From an uncultured archaeon (GTDB lineage: Archaea; Asgardarchaeota; Lokiarchaeia; Sigyniarchaeales; Promethearchaeaceae), in the NCBI GenBank assembly GCA_964426185.1, contig CAYRPF010000006.1, positions 30,001-62,000 on the forward strand: a stretch of DNA of 32,000 nt, written 5' to 3'. The notes beneath the pieces were generated by a model. That model was not told the origin of the DNA, did not search any database, and was given only the letters and a program-made list of their open reading frames with translations. A program made the translations under genes and the position numbers. Below are positions 19,344-27,273 of the stretch, piece by piece (the stretch's first letter is position 1; the number at the start of each line of letters is the position of its first letter).

Positions 19344-20426
19344 TTATTTGTTATAAGGTTCGTTTGATTTTGTTTCTAAGAGATGTGAGTATTTTTTTCT
19401 GCGGATCATATCTACAAATGATTCTATCCGTGTTACCATTCCAGATTCACCCGAATGTTCATCGAGAATTAAAGTTAAGAATGGAATTTTGCGGGTTTTC
19501 ATATCTCGCATTACTAATTCTTCTATAAGACTATCTGGACCACATGAAAAAGAAATCAGAAAAATAACTCCATCGATTTCACTTTTTCCCTCTGTTAAGT
19601 AATATCTAGCGGTTTTTAGAATTTCATCTTCACTCTGCCAATATTGTTCATAGATTTTATTAATTTTTACTGGTTTTTTGAATTTTTCTGGATGAGTATC
19701 TTCAATTGTTAAAATACGGCAATCTAATGTTTTCAATCGTTCAATAAGATGCATATTAATATAAGATTCATAGACATTGTAGGGGTGTCCCAGAAGAAGA
19801 ATAGAAAGAGGAAATTTTCCTCGAATTTTTTCAGCAATCATTTCATGAAATTTTCTTTTTTTAAGAACATGGCTTGGATTTTCATCGAAACTTGCTAAGA
19901 TATCCAAGTAATTAGTAGAATTCATCTGGGATTGCAGTTCTTTAAATTTTTTGAGAGCAATTACCCAAGTTTTCCCCGAATCTTCAGCTGAATATCCTAA
20001 TTCTTTTCCCATATTGATAGCGCCCTCAATTCCGTATTGCTTTTTTGCATTAACTTCAAGTGTTAATATTGGAACTGGTAATTTCATTCCATATTTGATG
20101 GTTTCAGGCAATGTCAAGAATTTTGGGCAATAATATTGATTATGATGAATGGAAACATATCGAGGGATGAAAATATAATCTAAATCTGGGTTTTCTTCAA
20201 GAAGGGCATGCACATGTCCGAAATATAGCTTCATCGGAACGCAAAGTTCGGAAACTGCTTGTTTTGCTCCAAATTCCACTATTTTGGCTGTAGTTGGTGG
20301 AGAAATTACTACTTCACATTGAAATTGGCGGAGTAAATATATCCATAATGGACCATAGCGGTAAAAATAAAGTGCTCTCGGGATCCCTACTTTTAATTTT
20401 CGTATGAAATTCTCATTTTCTACCAT
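19344..20426 (-). CDS. DUF2229 acyl-CoA dehydratase activase-related Fe-S subunit
   Basis: KVGIPRALYFY, ELCVPMKLYFGHV, YYCPKF, LLGHPYNVY, SFSCGPDS, LDEHSGESGMVTRIESFVD. Confidence 0.9.
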   Translation of the reverse strand: MVENENFIRKLKVGIPRALYFYRYGPLWIYLLRQFQCEVVISPPTTAKIVEFGAKQAVSELCVPMKLYFGHVHALLEENPDLDYIFIPRYVSIHHNQYYCPKFLTLPETIKYGMKLPVPILTLEVNAKKQYGIEGAINMGKELGYSAEDSGKTWVIALKKFKELQSQMNSTNYLDILASFDENPSHVLKKRKFHEMIAEKIRGKFPLSILLLGHPYNVYESYINMHLIERLKTLDCRILTIEDTHPEKFKKPVKINKIYEQYWQSEDEILKTARYYLTEGKSEIDGVIFLISFSCGPDSLIEELVMRDMKTRKIPFLTLILDEHSGESGMVTRIESFVDMIRRKKYSHLLETKSNEPYNK

Positions 20427-21251
20427 TTAATTTATACTCCCTGATTGATTCTCCTTTTTTCTATCTTCAACTTCAGCCCATAAGTCTGTCCATAAGCTTT
20501 TGATTTTTCGTTTTACTTTTTTGTTAATTTTCTCTAAAAGCCGATAATCTAACTCGTGACTTTCTTTAAAGAGAGAATCGGGCAATAACGGTTTCCCAAA
20601 GCGAAGCAAAATTTTCCCTTTAATGGCAGGAATTTTCATCTTTGGACCAAAAACACGATCTGTTCCGAAAATTGCTAAAGGAATTATAGGTACACGACTT
20701 TCAAACGCAACACGAATATATTCTGGATAAAAGGGTAATAGATTTCCATTTCCTCGATTGGGTCGCATTTCAGGATATAGGATTATCCATTTATGTTGTT
20801 CCAAGTGTTCAATACATTCTTCTATGGCATTTTCTTCTAAATCTGCAGTACGTGAGAAAATAGCTTGATTGATTCGTACAAGATTCATCATCATGGAATC
20901 CACCCCTAATCTCATAGGGAGAACATGATATGGAATTTTTTTCATCTTATGCATAATACTAATCCCACAAATGATGGGATCTAAAACTGACTGAAAATTT
21001 GCAACAAATAACGCTCCTTTTGAAGTAAATGTTTCTAAATGCTCTATATCAGAAATTTCCAAACCATATTGCGTAGTAAAAAGCCTCCATAAAAGCGGTT
21101 CTTCAATACCTCGAAGAAAAAGACCGTCAATTGCTTCTAAATATCCAATTTTTTTTGTCACTTGTCGAAGGCCGTAGATATTATTATTCAGAGGGTCAAT
21201 AATATATTTTCTAAGGAAATCCATACCGAAATTTTCCGTCATTGTAAACAC
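20427..21251 (-). CDS. PlsC/LPLAT-family acyltransferase homologue with a degenerate catalytic motif
   Basis: Fold motifs GALFVANFQSVLD, IILYPEM, VPIIPLAIFG and ILLRFGKPL are present. The HX4D His is replaced by Phe and FPEGT by YPEMR. Its stop abuts the next ATG. Confidence 0.85.
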   Translation of the reverse strand: MFTMTENFGMDFLRKYIIDPLNNNIYGLRQVTKKIGYLEAIDGLFLRGIEEPLLWRLFTTQYGLEISDIEHLETFTSKGALFVANFQSVLDPIICGISIMHKMKKIPYHVLPMRLGVDSMMMNLVRINQAIFSRTADLEENAIEECIEHLEQHKWIILYPEMRPNRGNGNLLPFYPEYIRVAFESRVPIIPLAIFGTDRVFGPKMKIPAIKGKILLRFGKPLLPDSLFKESHELDYRLLEKINKKVKRKIKSLWTDLWAEVEDRKKENQSGSIN

Positions 21252-21271
21252 TTCCCAAACATGCAGTAAAA

Positions 21272-22306
21272 CTAAGAAATACTTAGATTATCCATCTCAG
21301 ACGGTACCTTTTTCTTGGACTTTTCATTATACATTTCTGGAATTGATGTTTCACTGGTTGTTGCAACATCTTCTTTAACTAAATTACTCTGATTATTCAA
21401 GATCTCAACCGGAGCAATATCTTCTTTAGAGCGAATTATTCTAGATTTGTTCATTTTTCCAGAAAGTAGCAAAATGACATCATTCCGCATCGCTTCTTTA
21501 ATTAATTCAGCATTTTCAATATTTGGCGCCAAGGATGGATCAATATAAACAGGATTTCCAATAACCACTGAGATTTTATATCCTTTATTCCAACGGATGC
21601 CTAACACATTTACATGCTTAGGAAACACTTTAAAGGCACCAAAAATTGCACAAGGCACATAAGGAACTCCTGTTTCGAGACACAAACGGGCTGCCCCTTT
21701 TCGAAATGGGCCTAATTTGCCATCTGGTGATCGAGTTCCTTCCGGAAACATCCCCACACACCCCCCTCCTTCCAAGACAGAACGAACCTTAGTTAAGGCA
21801 GCTTCATCTTTCTGTTCTCTTTTTAAAGGTATTGTGCCAAAGGGCTTAATTATTGAGCGAAAAATGGGAATTTCGAAATTTTCTGCTTTAGAAAGCCATT
21901 GTACTTTTCTGTGAACAGCTGATCCTACTAAGAAAGGATCAAATTCTGATTGATGATTTGCAATTACCAGAGCACCACCGTGTTCGGGAAAATTTTCTTT
22001 ACCCTTTATCTCATAACCCCAGAAAGTGCGGAAAAATTGAATGAAATTGGCTCTTCCAACATTCCAATAGATAAATTCATCATAAATCTCTAGTATTCCC
22101 AATTCATTCAAGAATTTTCTTCCCCAGTCACAAATAGGGTCAAATGGATTATACTTTAAAAGAAGCTTGAGAATTCCGGAGGTGACGGAAGATAATGTAG
22201 GTTTTGAAGAAATTTGTGCTTTTTTTTGCATAGTTAGTTTATTATCGGGCTTATTGCCCGATCTATCTATTGAATCTTCGTTTTCTGGCACCGTAACAAC
22301 CTCCAT
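21272..22306 (-). CDS. plsC: 1-acyl-sn-glycerol-3-phosphate acyltransferase (PlsC/LPLAT family)
   Basis: Intact NHQSEFD (HX4D), LSKAENF, IPLKR, MFPEGTRS, FRKGAARL, VPYVPCAI and VVIGNPV; low-complexity N- and C-terminal tails. Confidence 0.93.
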   Translation of the reverse strand: MEVVTVPENEDSIDRSGNKPDNKLTMQKKAQISSKPTLSSVTSGILKLLLKYNPFDPICDWGRKFLNELGILEIYDEFIYWNVGRANFIQFFRTFWGYEIKGKENFPEHGGALVIANHQSEFDPFLVGSAVHRKVQWLSKAENFEIPIFRSIIKPFGTIPLKREQKDEAALTKVRSVLEGGGCVGMFPEGTRSPDGKLGPFRKGAARLCLETGVPYVPCAIFGAFKVFPKHVNVLGIRWNKGYKISVVIGNPVYIDPSLAPNIENAELIKEAMRNDVILLLSGKMNKSRIIRSKEDIAPVEILNNQSNLVKEDVATTSETSIPEMYNEKSKKKVPSEMDNLSIS

Positions 22307-22391
22307 AAATGGGAAATTTACTCAAATCACTATCTAGTTGAATGTGATTTAACGTGATGAATCCTCTGTGCTTTATAAATTTATCAAAAAA

Positions 22392-23546
22392 TTACACTTG
22401 AATGAATTCGGATTTGGTCAATACTTCAACTTTTCCATTTACAATTGCGATATCATTTTCCAATCGGTGCCCTCCCATTCCTTTTTGATATGCTCCAGGC
22501 TCAATCGTGAAAACCATTCCATTTTCTAAAGTTATCTCTTTCCAAAATTTAAGTGAATATTCATTCTGTGGTTTTCGGCTTAGAAATGGGGCATCATGTA
22601 CTGTTAATCCAAGACCATGCCCAAGTGCATATGGCATTTCATAACCACCATCTTTAAGAATATCCTCTGCAGTTTTATGCACTTTCCAAAGGGGTACTCC
22701 GATTTCAAGCATATCTACAGCCGCTTGATACGCTTTAAAGGTTAATTCATGCATTTTTTGTTGAGTTTCATTTAATCCACCAAAACTAAAAGGAACTGTA
22801 ACATCAGAGTTATATCCTTTGTATTTTACCCCAAAATCAATTAATCCTAAACCTGGAAGCGCTAATTTTTCGTTTGATGCCCAAGGATGGCAGTGAAGCA
22901 TATGAGCACGGTTACTATTTCCAACCAAAGTGGGAAAAGCCAAATCTTCAGCACCTTTTTGTGCCATCTGCTTTTGAACATAAAAATCGAGATCTTTTTC
23001 CGTTTCTTCTGTGGCATTACTTAAGAAATGGCGGATATCTTGCACCGTTTCGGTAGCAATCCTAGCTGCTTTACGAAGTAGTTCAATTTCACGCATTGAT
23101 TTAGTTGCTCGCATACCTTCAATAAATCGTGTTATTTTAGGTATTTCGCGATAAAACTTAATATTGGAAATGGTTTCTTCCATTCTTACAACAGTTGCGT
23201 ACGGAAAATTGTTTGTTACCGCCAGCTTTATTGTAGATTTCTTTATATGCGTCGTGAGATATTCTTTTATCGCTTCATTCCAGTTGTACTTGTAATTTAC
23301 GGGATTAATAATTTCATCTACCTGAGCTTCTTTTAGAGCTAAAGGTACATCCCAAGGAATTAATGCACTTTCCCCTGATTCCAAAATGATCGCCATTCCA
23401 TCCATAGGATGGCCCGTTAGGTATTGAAGATTTATGTTTTTCGAATCTTCATTATCAGTAATGAGTAATGCATCAATTTTTTCTTCTTGCAGAAATTTTA
23501 ATAATTTTTCAAATTTTTCATCTGTTATGCTACGCATCAGGATCAT
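22392..23546 (-). CDS. pepQ: Xaa-Pro peptidase (M24B family)
   Basis: Creatinase-like N-domain (IDALLIT...NLQYLTG), RATKS..EIELLRKA, IDFGVKYKGYNSDVT, GHGLGLTVHD, TIEPGAY, RLEND. Confidence 0.9.
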   Translation of the reverse strand: MILMRSITDEKFEKLLKFLQEEKIDALLITDNEDSKNINLQYLTGHPMDGMAIILESGESALIPWDVPLALKEAQVDEIINPVNYKYNWNEAIKEYLTTHIKKSTIKLAVTNNFPYATVVRMEETISNIKFYREIPKITRFIEGMRATKSMREIELLRKAARIATETVQDIRHFLSNATEETEKDLDFYVQKQMAQKGAEDLAFPTLVGNSNRAHMLHCHPWASNEKLALPGLGLIDFGVKYKGYNSDVTVPFSFGGLNETQQKMHELTFKAYQAAVDMLEIGVPLWKVHKTAEDILKDGGYEMPYALGHGLGLTVHDAPFLSRKPQNEYSLKFWKEITLENGMVFTIEPGAYQKGMGGHRLENDIAIVNGKVEVLTKSEFIQV

Positions 23547-23692
23547 TTTATTTCTAAATCCGATTCTTTAAAAATTATTCTTGGTTTAAAATCAGAAGTT
23601 CATTTTTTTCTATAATTAATTGCTTCAAATCGAAAATTTTTTTTTAAATGTCGGATTTTTCACCATATCAGAATTAAGTATTGTGATATATA

Positions 23693-24022
23693 ATGACCAG
23701 ACATCATGGCTATCGTTCGAAAACTCGACGTATTTTTCGTAAAAACATCCGAAATCGTGGATTACCCGGCTTATCTCGCTTTATGATTGAATATACTCCT
23801 GGAATGAAAGTTGATATCTTAGGAGATCCTTCTTTTCAAAAACGTGGGTTACCACACCGTCGTTTTGTAGGAAAAACAGGTGTTGTAATCGCACAGCGCG
23901 GTCGTTGTTATGAAATTCAAGTAAAAGATCAAAACAAATTGAAAACTTTATTTATTGGTCGTGAACATATCCGAATTAACAAAGATTGGCAATTAAAACA
24001 ACAAGAATCGACTGAAGCGTAA
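23693..24022 (+). CDS. rpl21e: Large ribosomal subunit protein eL21
   Basis: HGYRSKTR..FRK..R.RG, KRGLPHRRFVGKTGVV, GRCYEI, KTLFIGREHIR. Confidence 0.97.
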   Translation: MTRHHGYRSKTRRIFRKNIRNRGLPGLSRFMIEYTPGMKVDILGDPSFQKRGLPHRRFVGKTGVVIAQRGRCYEIQVKDQNKLKTLFIGREHIRINKDWQLKQQESTEA

Positions 24023-24085
24023 AGTCAAATTTCTAGTTTTAATTAAAATCCTTTTTTTGCTCTTCCACAAGCTTTTATAATACAG

Positions 24086-24448
24086 GTGACTAATTTGGTA
24101 AAAAAAATTCTAAATGAACAAAAAATATCTATCCCAGAAGTGAAAGAGATTTTGGACAAAGTAAGTGAACGGATGCAGAAGTTAAATACTCCCATAGATC
24201 CGTTTACTGAAGCCACATACGAATATTGCCAAAATTTCAGTAAGATGCCGGCAGATGTTGCCCGTAATATCATCAATATGCTCAAGGAAGAGTATGGTAT
24301 GGATGATTCACATGCTATCCAAATTGTGAATATTGATCCGAGATTTCCACAAGAAGTTCGAGTAATTTTAGAAAAGGATCCAGTTTTACGGGCTCTTTCT
24401 GATGAAGATATCATTGTCATGATTCAGAAAGTCAAAGATTACCAGTAG
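24086..24448 (+). CDS. rpo4: DNA-directed RNA polymerase subunit Rpo4 (RpoF, RPB4 homologue)
   Basis: ISIPEVKEIL, TYEYCQNFSKM and AIQIVNIDP...EVRVIL; conserved position after rpl21e; GTG start. Confidence 0.92.
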   Translation: MTNLVKKILNEQKISIPEVKEILDKVSERMQKLNTPIDPFTEATYEYCQNFSKMPADVARNIINMLKEEYGMDDSHAIQIVNIDPRFPQEVRVILEKDPVLRALSDEDIIVMIQKVKDYQ

Positions 24449-24742
24449 TATGCGAGTGAAAAGGCGTTTTTGCTTTTCTCTTTTTATATTATTTTTTCGA
24501 CACAATTTCATTTCTCTTGAATAATCGAATTTTCATTAATTTTATTAATGCGTTTTGAATTATAGAAGATATAATCAAAATTAGTAGAAGTGAACAATAT
24601 GAACCTCAGTTATGACTCTGGACCTCCCTTTCTTAGGCAGTTTTTTTCGCGTCTATGGAAAAGGTAAACCGAAGCCAATTCTCTTTCAATATTTGACCTC
24701 TTTTTTCAACTGAGGTAAAAAACTTGATGAAGAAATATTTTT

Positions 24743-24750
24743 TTTTATAA
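24743..24750. promoter_or_regulatory. TATA-box candidate for the DUF655-rsmA-hemK transcript
   Basis: ttttataa about 30 bp upstream of ATG 24778, consistent with a short-leader or leaderless archaeal promoter. Confidence 0.35.
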
Positions 24751-24777
24751 AGATTTCAGCTAATTAGACTCTCCCGA

Positions 24778-25551
24778 ATGGTGAAAACAGAAATGGATGA
24801 TCCCGAACGAAGTTATCCCCCTAGACGAGGAAAAAAACCCTACCCTCGGCGTTCTTCATATAAACCAAAGTTTCGTGGTCCAAGGCGAGCCCCTCATCGT
24901 AGATCTTCTAGACCAACAGTATACATACGAAAGGGGACTCTTGTTTATCTTCTTGATATCTTACAGCATGGAGGAGTAGATACTGCAGGGCATTCTTGGC
25001 ATCCAATTGGCCAGGTAATTGAAATTCCTACTTTTCGTCTGTTAGAAGTAAATTTAAACAAAAAATTAATTCCGGAGTTAAAAGTCCCCCAAAAGATTAT
25101 ATATGAAGGAACAGAAGAAAGTCCTTTAGGTCGTGCCAATAAAATACTCCAATATGACGATTTGACACCAACTTCTGTGACTACTTTAGTTTCGGTAGTT
25201 GAGACTTATGTTCAGGAAAATGAGGAAAAATTTGTTCATTTTGTCAATACAGCTGGACCTATTACCTTGAAACGGCATTCATTAGAGGTATTACCTGGAG
25301 TTGGTAAAAAATTAATGTGGGAGATTATAAATTATCGCGAAAAGCATCCATTTAGAAGTTTTAAAGAAATTCATGAAAATGTTCCTGGATTTAAACCGGT
25401 AGATATCTTCACAAAACGAATAATTGAAGAAATAAGTGATCCTGATCAAAAACATTTCCTTTTTACACGCTATAATCGTCGAAGATCAGAAAATCAAAAA
25501 GAAGATCACCGTCGCTATCAACCTCGTGATGATTTTCGTCCTCGAAGTTAA
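24778..25551 (+). CDS. DUF655 family putative RNA-binding protein (HhH-containing) with Arg-rich terminal extensions
   Basis: YLLD..HG, PIGQVI...FRLLEV, NEEKFVHFVNTAGPITLKRHSLEVLPGVGKKLMWEII...PFRSF, RIIEEI; conserved position between rpo4 and rsmA. Confidence 0.93.
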   Translation: MVKTEMDDPERSYPPRRGKKPYPRRSSYKPKFRGPRRAPHRRSSRPTVYIRKGTLVYLLDILQHGGVDTAGHSWHPIGQVIEIPTFRLLEVNLNKKLIPELKVPQKIIYEGTEESPLGRANKILQYDDLTPTSVTTLVSVVETYVQENEEKFVHFVNTAGPITLKRHSLEVLPGVGKKLMWEIINYREKHPFRSFKEIHENVPGFKPVDIFTKRIIEEISDPDQKHFLFTRYNRRRSENQKEDHRRYQPRDDFRPRS

Positions 25552-25581
25552 TATTTTTTAAATCCTTTTTAGGCGAGTTCC

Positions 25582-26547
25582 ATGCCATATTTTACTGCTC
25601 AAGAGCTGCAATTGATGCAAAAAACCTTGGGAATACGATTAGATAAATCTCGTGGGCAGTGTTATTTAATAGATAAAAATATTCTAAATTTAATTATTGA
25701 ATATGCAAAATTAGATCCCCAACAAGATCGTATCATAGAAATTGGGGCAGGTTTGGGGATTCTTTCGGATTATTTGATTCAAAACAGCGCCCAAGTCTTT
25801 CTAGTGGAAAATGATCGAAAGATCGCAAATTTTTTGTATTCCAATTATCATAATCATTTTTCTTGTGAGTTTATTGATCTGTCTTCTTTTCAATCTCGAT
25901 TGCTAACTCAAGGGTTAATTTCAAGAAATAAGTCTAAGGTGATTATTCTTTTTGGGGATGCGTTAAAAATACCCTTTCCTTCTGCAAATCGGGTAGTTGC
26001 AAATATACCCTATCAAATTTCTGCTCCTATACTCTTCAAAATGATTGAAAATTGGCATTATTCTCAAGTAAATCTCATGGTGCAAGCAGAATTTGCTGAC
26101 AGATTGATTGCGAGTGTAAATAGTTCCTCTTATTCTCGCTTAAGTGCAAGTGTTGGTCTTTTTTTAGATGTTCATATCGATCATATAGTTCAACCTACGT
26201 CATTTTTTCCTCGTCCTCGTATTCTTTCTAAATTAATTACTCTTCATCCAAAACCTCCACAATTTGTGGCTGGTTTTAACAGTTGGGAGAATAAAAAGAT
26301 CTATCTTTCTTTTCTACAAGGTATTTTTCCTTATAAGAATAAAACTTTAAGAAATGCAATACGGATTTGGATGAAGCACCACTCTGAAATAAAATCCGAA
26401 TTTCCATATTTTCATAAAATTTGTTCCAATCCAGAAAAATTTCCCGGAATACTTGAAAAAGTGCGTAATATTTCTCCAAAAACTCTTTTTTCATGGTGCA
26501 TTTATGGAAAAACAGGTGAGTTAGAATTTGAAGATTCTTCCAATTGA
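25582..26547 (+). CDS. rsmA: 16S rRNA m6,2A dimethyltransferase KsgA/Dim1
   Basis: KSRGQCYLID, IEIGAGLG, VEND, GDALK, VANIPYQISAPI, MVQAEFADRL, YSRLS, SFFPRP. Confidence 0.95.
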   Translation: MPYFTAQELQLMQKTLGIRLDKSRGQCYLIDKNILNLIIEYAKLDPQQDRIIEIGAGLGILSDYLIQNSAQVFLVENDRKIANFLYSNYHNHFSCEFIDLSSFQSRLLTQGLISRNKSKVIILFGDALKIPFPSANRVVANIPYQISAPILFKMIENWHYSQVNLMVQAEFADRLIASVNSSSYSRLSASVGLFLDVHIDHIVQPTSFFPRPRILSKLITLHPKPPQFVAGFNSWENKKIYLSFLQGIFPYKNKTLRNAIRIWMKHHSEIKSEFPYFHKICSNPEKFPGILEKVRNISPKTLFSWCIYGKTGELEFEDSSN

Positions 26548-27256
26548 TCCTCCGTTAGATGCAAGAAATGCCATAGAATATTTCAATTTGCAATTGGTTA
26601 TTCCAAATCAAGTTTATTCTCCCTCAGATGATACTGATTTATCCATTTTTTTTTTGAAGAAATGGATTCAAACGATAGAACAATCACCCTTTACATCTAA
26701 GAAAGATAAAACCGTTCGAATATTTGAGATGGGAATCGGGAGTGGTGTATTATCTCTCTATTTAACTTCACGTTTAATCCAAAAAGGGTATATTCCTGAA
26801 GTGATTGGAGTAGATATCAATCCTATTGCGGTTGAAACAGCCAATTTTAATGCAGAATTAAACCATCTCAGTGAAAAGATGACCTTTCTTCAAGGGGAAT
26901 TCTTCAACCCACTTTTATCTGATTCAGAGCGAAATTTTACCCCATTTGATTTTATTATCTCAAATCCTCCCTATTTAGCAGGAGAGCCACAAGTAATAAA
27001 TGAAGAGAATAAGCAGCCAATTGATTATGCATGGGAAGGCGGATTAAACGGATACGAAGTAACTTTAGATTTTTTAGACCAAGTCGATCCATTTCTGGCT
27101 TCTCCTGGTGACTTTATGCTGATATCTTCCAGTAATGTAGATCAAAACCCCATCATAACTCGACTTGAGGAATTGGATATCAAAATTATTGAGATCTTGC
27201 GAACACATAAATTCTTTGAAGATATTTTACTCTATCATGGTCGCAAGGAAAACTAA
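26528..27256 (+). CDS. hemK: HemK2/Mtq2-like (release-factor glutamine) SAM methyltransferase
   Basis: VYSPSDDT, EMGIGSG, GVDINP, ISNPPYL, AWEGGLNG, LISSS, FFE. Overlaps rsmA by 20 bp. Confidence 0.9.
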   Translation: MKILPIDPPLDARNAIEYFNLQLVIPNQVYSPSDDTDLSIFFLKKWIQTIEQSPFTSKKDKTVRIFEMGIGSGVLSLYLTSRLIQKGYIPEVIGVDINPIAVETANFNAELNHLSEKMTFLQGEFFNPLLSDSERNFTPFDFIISNPPYLAGEPQVINEENKQPIDYAWEGGLNGYEVTLDFLDQVDPFLASPGDFMLISSSNVDQNPIITRLEELDIKIIEILRTHKFFEDILLYHGRKEN

Positions 27257-27273
27257 CAAAAAATTGGTCAAAT

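Noticed and set aside
22392-23546. pepQ as part of the lipid system, or as evidence for amino-acid fermentation by the dehydratase module
   Set aside because: It is co-oriented but separated by 85 bp that include a TATA-like tract, so plsC probably has its own promoter. No CoA-transferase or 2-hydroxyacid dehydrogenase gene is nearby. The link is not excluded but is unsupported.
24449-24777. SRP (7S) RNA, 5S rRNA or tRNA in the rpo4-DUF655 gap
   Set aside because: No SRP helix-8 motif (CAGG...GNRA...AGCA), no 5S CCGAAC motif, no T-loop GTTCRA, and the structured part is too short and AT-rich for archaeal SRP RNA.
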